The notes: generated by a model not told the origin, from the letters alone. A stretch of DNA of 64,000 nucleotides from Rhodosorus marinus CCMP1338 (GCA_029953675.1 JAMWBK010000005.1:1426001-1490000); one strand, 5' to 3'. Shown: positions 12,229 to 26,817, counted from the first letter of the stretch. Numbers and translations are program-made.

Positions 12229-12557
12229 GATAATTATATAATTAACCACTTGAGACAAACTTTCACAATGCAGCAGCCACGGATACTCTGCAATTTCACA
12301 GCGAACCCCTCAGTGAAAGCTAGCTTTTCCGTTTCTCAATTGATACATGCCTCAATTCTTGCGAACTGTGCAATCCACAGAGCAGGAACCTTTCAAACAA
12401 CTACAAGCTGTTGGCAGCTTCGGTGGCACAATGCTTCCTGTTCAAAATGAATGACGTTGAGCAAGCAAGAACGAAGTCCGAAGCCACGAGTTCTACTAAA
12501 TGCACTTAAGGAATACCGCATGTATTCCACACTTCATCACGGATGGCGTACCGGATC

Positions 12558-14744
12558 TCATCCCTCAGGGCTTGCGGATGATTTGTACATTTGGTGGTCT
12601 ATCTTCGGGCATTCGGCAGCAATAGTCTCCCACTTTTGCAGCTTCTCCTTGTAGTATCTGACCCGTTCATCGGCGAGGTTCCGGAACGCAGAACCCAGGA
12701 CCGTCTCAAGCGACTGCCTGTACCTTTGTAGCTCGGAGAACTGTAGGCATAGTGAATTTGTGGTGGCGTAGAAAAGCACTTTTAGCTCCGCTCAGTGCAA
12801 ATGCATGGCGCAGAATCCTCTTACAGTCACGTTAATAACATTTTGGTAATGCTTTCGAAACTCTGCTAGATCGGTGGCCGCGTTGCTGACCGCTTCACGA
12901 AGAGCCTTGTCATCTGCGACGGATTTTTCAGGCTGCTGTTGACGAGACTCTGTCGTCCAAGAGCCTTCTCTTTTCTCGAGCTTCGCTCGGAGCTTTGTGT
13001 AGGTGGTTGCGGCGTGCTCGTATGCTTCCCGCTCCGTAAATCGTCGGCCAAGAATGTTCTTCACGTTCTGAAACATATTTACATAATCTGTGAGAACCTG
13101 CAGGAGAGTGACTGAACCAGTGAGCTTCAAAACTTTATCAATGGGGCTTGTAAGGTGCGATCATCCGAGTTGATACCTCTAAAAGCAGGGACTCTGCCGG
13201 GGTTACGGGAGAGCGGGAGTGAACTGTTTCCTGGAGCCGCGTGTCTTCAAGAGGCTCAAAAGCATCTGCAACCAGAGCTAGCAGGTTTTTTGCTTCCTTC
13301 CCTTCAACCTTCCCAAGTTTCTCGATCGATTTTTGAACCTTGGCCGACTCTTTGCGATGGTTATCAGTGGTTTCCAATGTTAGAATTAGCGATCTTCGTA
13401 TCTCTGTCAACGCCTGACCAAGCGCCTCAAAACTCCTGCATCGGCGAGAGCAAGAAGAAAAGTTAGCAGTCGAGGCGGGTTCCGGACGGAAAAGCAATGA
13501 AATAAATCTTACTCTCGTAGTTGCTCGAGGCTCTTAGCTGTGACATCGCGAGCTAAAGCATCCTCCTCCCTTCCCTTTTTCAGCAAAAAGTCAAGACCTT
13601 CGTCAATACGTCTCCCAATCTGCCAGAATCTATAACTTATCCATCGCAAAAGCTGTTGCATGCCATGCTGCTCCTTCCTAATTCCCAAGGATGTCGCAAT
13701 AGCCTCGTCACCAGGGCTTGTGATCTGTTCACTTCTGATAATCTTCCATTGAGTTGAGCTATCGACACCGACGAAAGCTTGAACCTCCTCTGTGCCGCCA
13801 AGCACTGGGTGAGAGATAACTCTATGGAGATATCGCTCCAAGCTGAACCTTCTGAATTCTTCATAAGAGTCGCCCAGTCGAATGCGAAGTGGCGCATTCA
13901 TTAAATTCGGTAGGAAGGGCACCAGCAGTCCTTCGTACCTAGCGCGCAGTCTTGTGTCCAGCCAGACAAAGTCGGCGATAGTTCTCACTACCGCTGCGGG
14001 CTCGACTGCTCCCTTCGAGGAATCGTCTTCCTCCTCAAGGACTTTAAGAGCAGATACTATAAACAAGCCCGAGCTCTTCCCGCTCCGGTCTGTTCTTGCA
14101 GTAAGCTTTACATCGTTTGGAGATCCTGTACAGATTTTGAAGCTCTTTCTCAGCGCTTGGTTCCGTGTTGCAATCTACTTAGAGGTACCCACAGCTCCAT
14201 CTCACCTGCCGAAGGACATTCGTTCGAACCAATACTGTCATTTACGGTGGGGATAACGAGGTTTGGAAATGTGAAGTCTACGACGGATGCGCTTGAGCCC
14301 AGGGAACTATCCTCCTTCTCGCTTCTCTGACGTAGCGGATCGTCCAGACTTTTAGTCTGCCGAAACAAAGCCCATCAAGAGAGTATCAGCACACGCGAAT
14401 AAGCTCTTCGCGAAGCTGCTAGAGCTGCTTCATACCTTTTTCTGCCTCCAAGCCTCGCCGGGGTCAGTAACCTGTACAAACTTATTCTCAAACAAGCCAT
14501 CGCAACTCTCCCGCCTGCCCTCCTCCAACAAAACCTGTCCCCCACCGCTCCTCGCTCTGTACAATCCATCGAATTCCACAGGTATATTAACTTTAAACTT
14601 AGATTCATCACTGGGTTCATTTCCAAACCCAGACCTTCCTCCCGGTGTGGTACCAATCGATACTTCATCCTCCTCGTCATCCACCAGTTTCACATCAAAC
14701 TCCTCCGAACCATGGAGGGGATGTCTCGATAGAGGGTGATCCAT
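12558..14744 (-). CDS. PX-BAR sorting nexin (Vps5/SNX-like), multi-exon
   Basis: PX signature VVRTIADFVWLDTRL...LVPFLP...RRFSLERYLHRVISHPVL, followed by long helical BAR-like exons. Acidic low-complexity N-terminus. Confidence 0.8.
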
Positions 14745-16013
14745 AGTTTACCTGCCAATAAGTACAAAATAAACCTATTAACCCAAAAACCATTGGCAAA
14801 AACCCCCTCCATTGAGTCCCTCCTCAAATCGTTAGCAAATATCCACCCAAACCCCCCGAGCCTTTATCTTCTTCCCACTCAAAAGCCTGAAAAACTCCTG
14901 ACCTTCAAGCAGAATCAGACATTATTTTAAATTGTGTAATAAAAACGAGGATACAATCATTTGGATGCAAATATTGATTGATATAGTCAACATGGACTCA
15001 AGTGATTGATGAGTCTAAGGATTGAAGGTACCGGGACACTTTCCACTTGTTTGAAATTTTTGCATGCAGACTGGCTGTCAACGTGCCGAACAGCTCTGCG
15101 ATGGCAAGGCTATGAGAATCCTGGATGTGCGAGAGAGAAAAACATGCCCTAAGATCTGATGAACCTCTGTTCAGACCAGACTACTAGGCCCGGGGGAAGT
15201 ACAAAAGCAATACGCTTGGGCAGGATGGAATAGGTTAAAACGCGAGGAGGGTGGTTTGGGTCTGCGCTCATGTGGCCTGTGAGGGTTTCGCTTTAATCTG
15301 CTGGAATGTGGTGTCAGTATGCTGAGCAGCCTCATATTTTGCCAAAAGCGCTCTTCGTTTTGCCCCGCCGCCTTTCATGGACGTGCGCACGACGAGCAGC
15401 CCAACAGATTTCGGTTTGTTTTCATGATATCATGTCCTTTAGGGGGGGGAATATGACGGCAGCTAAACGCCTAGTGCTAAATACCACAAACCAAACAAAC
15501 CTTCGAAAATCCTTCCGACCAAAGTCTGCTGCCGAATCTAACCACCATCCTCCAGGTAGTTTCAAAACAGTACTTTGTACTAGTTGTACTAGGATATTTC
15601 CGAGAGTTTTACGTTCATGTCGAAACTCGCCTGTTTTTTGATAATTGATTTAGTACGTTAAAGTACTAAACTGTACTAGTGTGTTTTCTCAGGCCTTCGG
15701 ACCTGGAAACCGGCTTCTCTGATGAGGAAGAAGGCGGCTTACGGATTTCGATCGGGAGGGCTGCTTGGCGAAGTTGATGGGGGTTTGAGATCGATCAAAG
15801 CGAAGACAGGAAGATTAACGTATATCTTGTTGACTCTCGATGTGATTAGTTGTCATAGATCAACTAGCGTTTCTTTGTTTTCCTTTGTTGTTGGGTTCTT
15901 GTCCGGCACGATGATGGTGAGTTGCCTAGTTTGGATACTCAAGCTGATGGAAAAGGATCGGTTGTTGGCAGTGGCTTTTGGAACTGATGTTGCAATTTTT
16001 TTTCTCGTTGTAG

Positions 16014-17765
<1,752 letters not shown>

Positions 17766-18467
17766 AAAGCGCTGGGCAAAACACTCGCTATTCGAAACTT
17801 TCGTCGTCGTGTGCAAGTGATCGAGTTATGTACGCTCGGCCTGCTGACAAGACCAAAGGGTAGCCCTCCAATGAAATGAAATTCCGTGCAGCGATGAAGG
17901 TGCTATCGCGCGCTATTCTCGTCTTGAGATCTCAAGCTTTTGCCCATCGCGGAACAAGAGCGGTTTAGGGACGACTTGTTCAACCGTCACGCCAGTTCAT
18001 GTTCTTGAAGGAGCGGAGATGTCCGTGAACAAAACTACCAATCCAGTTCTGCTGAAACTCGTTTCTTGTTGTAATAAAGACCTCCCTAAAAGTTTGCTCG
18101 AACAGGCTAAATCCCCCTCGCGTGTCAGTTGACCTCATCAAGTGTAAACAATATCTACAAAGGTGACTTTGATCAGTCAAACTGTACCCGGAGTCTCTGC
18201 CTTTCGAGTCTGCTGCCGCGAAAAAGACTGGCTCTAGTATAGTCTGATCTTCTTCGCGGCGCCGCCTTAGCTACTGCTATTCTGTTTTCGAGGAAGCGCT
18301 GCTTAAGGAGATCTCTCTATGTAGACTACGACGGGAGAACGAGGTGTACTAGCATTGCTCGGGTGAGGTTAGTAACCACCACAGGGGCTTTGGGGGGAAC
18401 TGAACACCCTTGGAAGAGCGCACTTGGTAGAAGATAGGTTAAGCTTGCTTGGCGGTTATCTTCAGTG

Positions 18468-20564
18468 ATGGCTGTCAGATCTGTTGACTTGGATGGGAAC
18501 GCAAGCAAAGTGGTGTGGGGTTCTGTGGATGGGACGGTGAGACAATGGGACATCGGAAGGAGCGAATGGGCAGCCCCGTCGTTTAGAATCTCGGGCATGA
18601 CCCTGAAAAGGGTCTCGTATACACCGAATGGGGACAACCTTGCGCTGGTGTCCGATAAATCGTCTACTGTCGGCGTTTGCGAGGCGTTGAATGGGAACTT
18701 TGTTGACAAGTTCTCCTTCAAGAGCCACTCCAGCGTTGTACAGGATGTCAGCTTCGTTGCCCAGCAGCAGCCTGGAGCGTACATGGCATATGCCGTCACA
18801 GGGGATTCATCGCTCCGTTTGTGGAACGCTACTGAGAACGTGTGCATGCAGAGTTTTCACGGGCACGATCGCCAAGTTCTGTGTTCGAAGCTCTCCAATG
18901 ATCATAACCGACTATTTAGTGGCTCCTACGATGGTCATGTCCGCGTCTGGGACGTCGGGACTGGTGAAACTGTCCTTCTCTTGGAAGGCCATAGGGACGG
19001 AGTAATGGATATCTCAGTATCGCCAGATGAGAATCGTATAGTTGCCAGTACGGGTGATGGCCAACTAATCGTATGGGATGTACTCACGTCGCAGCGAATC
19101 GCAAAGGCAAAGGTTCATCATGGCGGCCCCGCATATTGCGTAGTTTACGACTCCGAGGGGCTCTGGACGGCTTCCGGGGGTCGTGACGGTAAAGTCATAC
19201 TCAGCGATTCGACGAGAAGACTGCGATCCAAGGGAGAACTCGCCGGGCACTCCTCGTCTGTGTTTGATCTTTCTTGGTCTGCAGACCGACGCCTCCTGGC
19301 TTCTGGATCGCGGGATGGCTCAGTAAGACTGTGGGGACTGAACGAGGGGGACACAAACGTTGTTGTTCTGGACAACGCGGAAGATACTTCCCAGGTCCAA
19401 GACAGACATCTAAAAGCATCCTTTCCTCAGGCCGGAGGTGCTGTGGCGTACAGCAATCCTGGTCAGGGACGCTGCCTAGTTTGCTTCGAACCCTACTCCA
19501 CTACCATCCGGATCCCAATGGTTAGTGGGGTATGCGGCCATACGTTCACCTGTCGTCCTTGCTATGAGGAGCTCAAACGGAAGCAGACAGAACCGCAGTG
19601 CCCGCTATGCCGAAGAAACCTTGACAAAGTCGTCCCGAATTTTGAGTTGCTTTCGCTGCTTTCGGAGGGTGACGATCCTGATCCAAGACCTTCGACGGTT
19701 GAAAGATCTTCCCCAGCTCCGCCCGACTGGGTCGAAATCAACTTGGAGAGTTTGATATGGACACAAAGCGAGAGTTCTAAACTTGGCGAGGGCGCGTACG
19801 GGGCTGTGTATAGTGCACTTTTTGAGGGAGAGATGGTGTGTGTCAGAGTGCTTCCGACCAACCTCCCCGAGCTCAAGAATGACCACGTTTCCAGGATGAT
19901 GTCTCTCCGGCATAGGAATGTTGCGTCGATAATGGGTGTAGTGAAAAGAAATAACCAGAACCGAATCATCCTTTATGAATACTACAGCGCTGGCGCACTG
20001 AGAGACGGCATGAAGCACCTTGAGGATATGTCGCATGAGGTCAAGTTGTCGATGGCAATACAACTTTGCAATGCAGTGGATTACCTTCATTCGAGAAAGC
20101 TCTCGCATGGCTCCCTTTCATCGAGCAGCGTGCTTCTCACCGACCACCTGACGGAGTGGGACTCCAGAAGCAAGCTCAAGGTCGCCGATGCTGGTCTTCG
20201 ATACATTGCTAGAAAGTTTTCGAGCCATAGCGATCAATACAGATCTCCCGAGTGCTGGTCCGTCGACCAGCTGAACGGCGGGGAAGGCGCTTTCCCAATG
20301 GATATCTACGCTTTAGGCGTCCTACTCGCTGAGTTATTCTCCGGAAAACCTGCTTGGAAGGGGAGTGCCCCAGCGGACATCCGAACGCTCGTACTAGACA
20401 AGGACGAACGTCCTGAAATTCTCCTCGACGGCATGGAAGCGGTCATCGCCGATACAATACGAAAATGTTGGCAGAAAGACCCGGCAGTACGTCCCAAAGC
20501 TCGGGATGTGCTTACAACCCTGTCGATGATCCCTACAGCTCCAACGATACCGGACGTACCTTGA
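18468..20564 (+). CDS. Intronless WD40 (7 blades)-RING (C3HC4)-kinase-like (pseudokinase) fusion protein
   Basis: Single 699-aa ORF. It carries GH...WD repeats, then CLVC...CGHTFTCRPC...CPLC (19473-19610), then a TKL-like fold (LGEGAYGAVY...DIYALGVLLAELFSGKPAW...CWQKDPAVRP). Confidence 0.9.
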   Translation: MAVRSVDLDGNASKVVWGSVDGTVRQWDIGRSEWAAPSFRISGMTLKRVSYTPNGDNLALVSDKSSTVGVCEALNGNFVDKFSFKSHSSVVQDVSFVAQQQPGAYMAYAVTGDSSLRLWNATENVCMQSFHGHDRQVLCSKLSNDHNRLFSGSYDGHVRVWDVGTGETVLLLEGHRDGVMDISVSPDENRIVASTGDGQLIVWDVLTSQRIAKAKVHHGGPAYCVVYDSEGLWTASGGRDGKVILSDSTRRLRSKGELAGHSSSVFDLSWSADRRLLASGSRDGSVRLWGLNEGDTNVVVLDNAEDTSQVQDRHLKASFPQAGGAVAYSNPGQGRCLVCFEPYSTTIRIPMVSGVCGHTFTCRPCYEELKRKQTEPQCPLCRRNLDKVVPNFELLSLLSEGDDPDPRPSTVERSSPAPPDWVEINLESLIWTQSESSKLGEGAYGAVYSALFEGEMVCVRVLPTNLPELKNDHVSRMMSLRHRNVASIMGVVKRNNQNRIILYEYYSAGALRDGMKHLEDMSHEVKLSMAIQLCNAVDYLHSRKLSHGSLSSSSVLLTDHLTEWDSRSKLKVADAGLRYIARKFSSHSDQYRSPECWSVDQLNGGEGAFPMDIYALGVLLAELFSGKPAWKGSAPADIRTLVLDKDERPEILLDGMEAVIADTIRKCWQKDPAVRPKARDVLTTLSMIPTAPTIPDVP

Positions 20565-21074
20565 TTTGTGGGCCTCAACCACGTATGATTAAGTCATGTC
20601 AAGCGCTGACATATGAAGGGGGAACTTATTTATCCTGAAACGCTTAATTAAATGCACCCTAGATTGCCCCTGACGCGTTTGTATCGCACTGATCTGGTTT
20701 AGAGAGCTCTATGCTTTGCGTTCTTCCGTTGAATGTTTCAACAGGAGGCCCGATTACAAGCAGAGGCATCCCGAAACACACCCATTTCAGGAGATACCAA
20801 GCGACTCCGCTACATGCATCGTGCCTGTCGTCCATACCAGCCTTGAGTCACAACCATCGCGCCGTGGATCACATAGCAGAGGGACTCCGTAACGTGCGCA
20901 AGATCTCAAGATCGATTCCGAAAGGCATAACACAGGTTCTATGGTCGTTCTTTGGGTTTCGTGGGTTGAAATCCCTATAGGTGAACCAGGCCTCTAGGTC
21001 TTAACCGAGAGGATCAGCAACACCCCTCGCATCGCTGTACAGTGCGAGTCTTGGGGAAAAACAGTCAAAATCTC

Positions 21075-21915
21075 CTAGAGGGTCATCTTCAGTCGAAATG
21101 CGTCGCTTCCGTTCAAGTAGTACTTTTCGAGTCTCTTTGCTCGGATGAAGCCGAGGTTGCTGTACAATCTAAGCGCACCTCTGTTGGACTCCTCGGCTTC
21201 CAGGACTACCTCCTCACATCCTGATTCTTTCATCCGCTGTAATGCTGTACACACCAGTTCCGATCCTAAGCCTATTTTTCAGAGGAATTGTGCATGTTGG
21301 TCCTGTTTCGTTCTACCTTTTGGAGAAAACGATTAAATCAACCATGAATCGAGAGGCATGCTTACCACATTTCCGTCGGTCCTTCCTCACAGCTAACATT
21401 GCAATGTATCCTCGAAGGACCCTCTTCGCGGATTTTTCGAGCTTGCAAACAATGCATCCTACACAGTCTTCTCCTTCCATGGCCTAGTCTCAGATGAGAC
21501 ATGGTTGTCGTTGTGAGTCATGAACCGTTTCGAGACTTAAGTGAATCTTGCTGCTCACCAGAAACGAGAATTGAGGCCATTGATTTAGGAAGTATCGATA
21601 GGTGAAGACTGAATACGGCTCGGAGAGATCGGAATCCTACAAAGCAGACACAAGCGGGCCGAGCCGATCATTAGAACGGTTTCCTCCTAAACTGCAGTTG
21701 ATCTAGTTTCAGCTTACTATCAGGGCTTGTATCAACGGGAGCTGATCTTCTTTCCTGTACCTATTGGAAGGAAAACAACCGGCAAAAGGAACATACAACC
21801 CAAGACTTAGCTCAAGAGAAGCGTTCTCGCCATTCGAATCAACCTCAACCAAACGGAGTGGTGCCTGTTCTTACTGCTCGAAGCGAACAGCACTCTTCTC
21901 GCTTGACAACGCCAT
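21075..21915 (-). CDS. NAA30: N-alpha-acetyltransferase 30 (NatC catalytic subunit, MAK3); 5 exons
   Basis: Spliced exons give DLSEPYSVFTYRYFLNQWP, GYIAMLAV and EVVLEAEESNRGALRLYSNLGFIRAKRLEKYYLNGSDAFRL. The gene is absent from the ORF track because its exons are short. Confidence 0.92.
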
Positions 21916-22762
21916 TGAAATAGAAACCTCCCAGGTCGCACTCCTACTTCTCTGGAACCTTCTCTAGTAGATCTTCAATACGAAGCGTTGGTGGAGGAAA
22001 GCAACTCACGAGAGCTCACGAGCTCTTAAGCGGTTCAATCATGACAAATGTTTGTCTTAGTTCATTCCACCGCGTCAATGCCCGTCTTGGGTTTTCCTAG
22101 TTCGGAGGACGTAACAGCACATGTCACCACCTCCTCACATCAAACCTATCTCGAACGCTCTCTTCATGGCTTGTTGGCGTTGGTGAATACCTTATCCTTG
22201 AGCCAGGATCTAACTTGACCCTGGACCCAGGAACATGGTCTAGGGATACGATAAGAGCCAGCGGAAAAAGTCAAGGTCGTCATGACTAAAGATACTAACT
22301 AGTTTGCAGTTGGACGCACAGATTTCCTTTACTCTGCTGCGTGAGGTGCCGCCGGAAAGAAGCGGTTTTAGTGACAAAGGAGATTGCTAGCCGAACTTTC
22401 TCAAAAAAAAAACCGGAAACTTGTCGGTCAAGTATCGTCGAGTCCGGACCTACTGGTCCGACTTGGATTGGAAGCCAAGATCATATGAAGAGCAGCCGTA
22501 TAAAAGTAAGAGAAAAGCTCTTGGAAACCTCTTCACTTGAACGCTGGTCTACGCAATGGTCTGAGCGCTTCGTCGTCTTTCGTATCATACCGTTCAATGC
22601 TGAGAGCAAAAGTGGACTGCTGATTGAAAACCAGACCGCGATCGCACAGAATGCTGCTTTACGGTTATTCACCCTGAGCATCAGATTCCCCTTAAGCGCT
22701 CAGCGCTACTCGATAACTGCTTCCGAACGCCAACCGAGTGTGAGCATGATCGACAGTGCGGG

Positions 22763-24833
22763 CTATTTCTTCTTCCCACCTCGTTCTTTCACTTCCAAAA
22801 TAATATTCGTATCCGGTGCAATGTTGTAGTGAGCAAGCGAGTTGGAATCCTTGAGGAAACCTAGCTTCGTGACTTGAAGCTTTTGTTTGTTTGCGGGCAG
22901 TTTGGTACTCTTCGCCAGAATGACTTTGAGAGCGCCCAGTTTTGCTGTCAGCGGTACCTCCAACGTGATTGTCTGTCCCTGCAGGTCCCAATCCTTGTTC
23001 GCATGCGTTGGCATCTTGACATGAACCTAGTAGCGACAAGTGATCACGATTAAGTTTCGAATGGCGCAAAGGCGGAATGAAGGGAGTAGAACTCACTCTG
23101 ACGGTTGATCCCTGTCTCGCGACCCAGTCTTCCTCTGAAAGAAGCGCTGAAACATCTCCTCCGCCCTGTCCATCCTGAGTTTCCACTCGAGGTCTCTTCT
23201 CAGATGGTTGCTCTGGAGCGTTGACGGCGGCTGCGTTAGCATACGGCATACTCTGGATAGCAAGCGCAAGCACAAAAAAAAATTTGAGTTTTGCATTCGA
23301 GGCAAAAGCAGCTCGAAAGCCAGTGAGCGAGAATAGTGTTCAGACACTCACAACCGGAGGGGCTGGATTCGTCCCTCCAGCTGCAGCTTGTCCCGGAGCA
23401 GCTGGTTTCGGGGCGTCCACAACAGCTGGAAGCGGAGTGGTCGTAAGTGCAGAAGCCACCTGCGGCGGCGCGTCGATTTGCTTCGTATGGAGTGCCTCCT
23501 GCAGATCAGCCCTCCCGAAGACTTCAGTTTTCGCATCGATGAGGCGGCCAAGATTTCTTGCGATTTCGTCATCCGAGGCCAGATTTTGCAGGCGATTCTT
23601 CTCTGCTGCCCTCATGCGCTCTTCCTTGTACTTGGGATCTAGAAGCTCAACCTTCATGCTAGCTGTGGCCTCCGCTACTGGCACGGTCTGGCCGCTGGGA
23701 AGCACGACGTTCAAATCCCGAGCAGGTCGTGTTCCAGATCCGATGTTCGGTACGTAGTCCTTGCGGACTAGGTTTGCCGGAATATCGGCGGTAGCATTGG
23801 AAGCGGCTTGATCCGGCCCTTCATCAATGTCCATATCGTTTTCGTCTGCCATATCTACATCGTCCGGTTCGGGTACAGCAACAGCTTGGCGAGTGGGTGC
23901 CGCCTTCGCTCTCGGCGTCGCCATCATTGCTTGCTCTGGGGCTATAGGGACAGGGAGCGAGTCATCCTCTTCATCAAGTTCAATTGTTTCCACCAAGACA
24001 AAGTCGTGCCAATCGATGAGCTGCATCTGTAGTCGTTCTTCATCCGCATCCTTTGAATTCTCCCTGTCCTTCAAATCCTGCCAATCAAGCTTGTACTGCG
24101 CATCTTCGAAAACGGCCGTCTTGCTTAGGGAGAGCTTTTCAATTCTTTTCTTCAAGCTCTCGTTGGGCTTGATAGTCTTCTCATACATCTCTGTGCACGC
24201 CTGGAAGAGGGCAAAATGCGGGTGTTCCGGTTTCAGGAACGCGAACTCCGGATTCCGATACTCTCTCACGTTCACACCTGCCAGAAACGGCCGCCCACAG
24301 CAGGCTGCGAACTGGGCAGTAAGTCGAATTACTTCGAGTTCCTTCGCTGACGGGATCGGGAGGGGCAGTTGCCAACTAAACTCCTCTGAAGGCGGTGGCT
24401 CGGTAGGGACAGGCCTTGACGCTTGTAGCTTTATCTCCGCAGCTCTAACCTTCGAAATCTCTGCGGCCTTTTGTGTTGTTCCAAGACCCGAAACAGTTTC
24501 CGGCTCCGCTGTGGGAGCAGGCTCCTTCTTCACCTCTTCGGCAGGAGGCTTCTGAACAACTGCATCTTGCTTGGATGGGGCTTCACTCTCCCTTGGCGGA
24601 GGGGGTACCTGTTCCGGAGGCTTAACACCATCAAGCTCGCCCAGGACCTTCTTGTAGTACGGATAGTATGGATCGGTATTCCTCAAAAAGCTACATACTT
24701 CGGACTGCAACTTCAGAATCTTCTGCACCAGCGAATTTCTGTCTTTGGATCGCGACACCGCTCTCGCAGTGGTCTCGATTCTAGTCTTGACCTCATTTGG
24801 GGGAACAACCACTCCACCCCCATTTGCCTCCAT
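22763..24833 (-). CDS. SF3A1: Splicing factor 3A subunit 1 (Prp21): two SURP domains, PRP21 domain and C-terminal ubiquitin-like domain
   Basis: SFLRNTDPYYPYY, VIRLTAQFAA, FAFLKPEHPHF, IDWHDFVLVETI, KVELLDPKY, LPANKQKL...FLKDSNSLAHYN. Confidence 0.93.
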
Positions 24834-25085
24834 GGCCCCCCAAGAACGTGACCAGCAAAATCCAAAATCCTATCGAAGTACCTCTCTCAAAAATCCAACA
24901 TCTCCACTCACTGGAGCTTTCCGAAATATCAGCCGCGCGTTGACTCTAAATACTAATCGTAGTCCTCCTCTTCAGTTGGTCGAACTTTTCCTCCTTACCA
25001 GCGCGCAGCTCTTGTTGAACTGGGTGGACATCGGGATAGACTCCAAGGGGGGAAACTCAGGTGCATTTTCGTCTGCTGAACGAGA

Positions 25086-25556
25086 TCAACGGAACTAATG
25101 CAATGTAAAGAAAAGGTGAGGGATGTTTTCCTTAGGCTCAACGTCCGCTGTGCACCCTTGTTCTTGGCATCCTAAAGGACTGTTTCGCGTAGTGATCGGG
25201 TGCATTCTCTCTGCTAAAGCTACATCGAAGATTATAAACTATTGCAAAATTTAAAAGAGACAGTGCTCCTCTTTTTTGTTTTTGATATGCTGAACGTCCT
25301 CTCAAGTCTTGGTGACATCTCTCCTCCCTGTCTGGTCTCGTCAGAACTTCCTTACCCAAGCCCGCGAAGGGGTCTGGGGGTTGTATTTGCTCGATCAACC
25401 ATACCGAGTGATCTAGTACAAATTCCTTTGCATGCAATTTCGTACTCTGTGCCTACTCCAGCGAATTAATCTTCTCTGTAATGACGCCCAATGCATCACC
25501 ACCCCCACCCAAGACCGTGAACCTCCGTCTAGTTCAGGTTTGCGTCGATACTCCAT
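25086..25556 (-). CDS. Possible small multi-exon hypothetical protein (~85 aa)
   Basis: Three GT-AG introns join in phase to give MEYRRKPELDGG...RLIRWNHSVWLIEQIQPPDPFAGLVYNLRC...; no homology recognised. Confidence 0.3.
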
Positions 25557-25577
25557 CGATAATCACCAATTTTTATT

Positions 25578-25623
25578 CTCCAATACACCACTTTTTCACA
25601 CTCCAATACACCACTTTTTCACA
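25578..25623. repeat. Perfect tandem duplication of a 23-bp unit (ctccaatacaccactttttcaca x2) in a divergent intergenic region
   Basis: Read directly: 25578-25600 and 25601-25623. Confidence 0.9.
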
Positions 25624-25968
25624 TATAAACATATTTTTAGACATGTCTGTCCATAATTAAAATATACGAATAATTATGCATGTATTTTCATGGTATAAAA
25701 GGATAGATGAAATAATTTATACATAAATATTAAATACAGTAGTGTAAAAACAAAACTATTTTGGCCATAAGGTGATGTTGGGGTTTATGTTGGATTTTGA
25801 TTCGTTTGGATAGGATTTGTATTGAAATGGTGGATTTTGGAAGTGTTTTTGATGTTGTTTGGTTTGGATGGAGGGAAATGGTGAAAAAGTGGGCAGACTG
25901 GGCCCGTGTTTGGTGGGTGAGCAGGGAAGTAGACAGCTTGAAGAGATATTCTTTTTGCTGGATCGAAG

Positions 25969-26817
25969 ATGGAAGAAGGTGGAGGCGCTTCCTTAGGAAC
26001 GGAGGAACAGGAGCTGAGGAAATCCTGGAAGTCCAGCGCGAGAGATGTGAGCGAATTGAAACAGAGGGCCCTTGAGTTTCTGACAAAAGTGTGAGTCGTA
26101 ACTCTGTGTTGCTTTTGTTTTTTGGGGGTTGTTTGTATTTTGGCAGGTCGTTTTGACCATGCAAGCTTTGATTGCGATGCTTCAAGGCCTGAAAATTTTG
26201 TTCTTACGTCTTCACTATCTCTTGAAATGGATACGAAACTCGCAGCGACTCTGGTTTGTACCACCCGTACTATTTTGACGATGCAAAACGTGAGTTTGAC
26301 CACGAAAAGCTATCTTAACTTTCTTTTTGGCCTCCCAATCGGGTCCAGTCTTTGAACTGACTCAAGCCGCTGTGTGTATGATCGCTCAGGGGATTTTGAA
26401 CATCTCATGGTTCAGTTCGAATCTATAGAGAAGGTAGGCAACAGGACGTCTCGTTGGGTTCCGTAATTGCCAGGTTTGGCAAAGTTTCCTTACGTTCAAC
26501 TCGCACGGAATTCTTTGAACGATCAAAAGGGTTTGAAACCCAGAACACTTAGGCATTTCTCGAAGCGAGATCTGACGCTGAGTAAGGAACAGCAGAAAAA
26601 GGTAAGGTTCAACTTGTAACCCTTTAAAACTAACCCGTTACTGAAGTCAAGTCATGATTCTGTTCAAAAGGAGCGGGAAGAAAAGCTCAACGCGATTGAA
26701 CAGGAGACTACAAAGATCGAGAAAGGAACCCACGAAGCAGCGAGAATACTCCTGAAGGATGTAGGAACCGATGCGGCTGGTGATGCGAAGATGGGCGCCT
26801 TTTCCGCAAAGAATTGA
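25969..26817 (+). CDS. Multi-exon hypothetical coiled-coil protein
   Basis: MEEGGGASLGTEEQELRKSW... first exon with GT-AG introns; last exon EREEKLNAIEQETTKIEKG...SAKN*. The internal exon structure is uncertain. Confidence 0.45.

Noticed and set aside
22040-22700. Possible small plus-strand gene between NAA30 and SF3A1, and ORF 22341-22829
   Set aside because: Exon-like segments exist, but no consistent, motif-supported gene model could be built. Part of the ORF is antisense to the end of SF3A1.
23221-24555. Long plus-strand ORFs (178 and 242 aa) and similar long ORFs opposite DDB1, the MFS gene and ELG1
   Set aside because: Antisense shadows of well-supported genes.
25467-25480. 14-nt match (TACAGAGAAGATTA, minus strand) to the U6 snRNA ACAGAGA-box region
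   Set aside because: The flanks do not continue as U6 (no GCATGGCCCC downstream, no 5' stem) and no GT follows that could mark an inserted intron. It lies in a probable coding exon.
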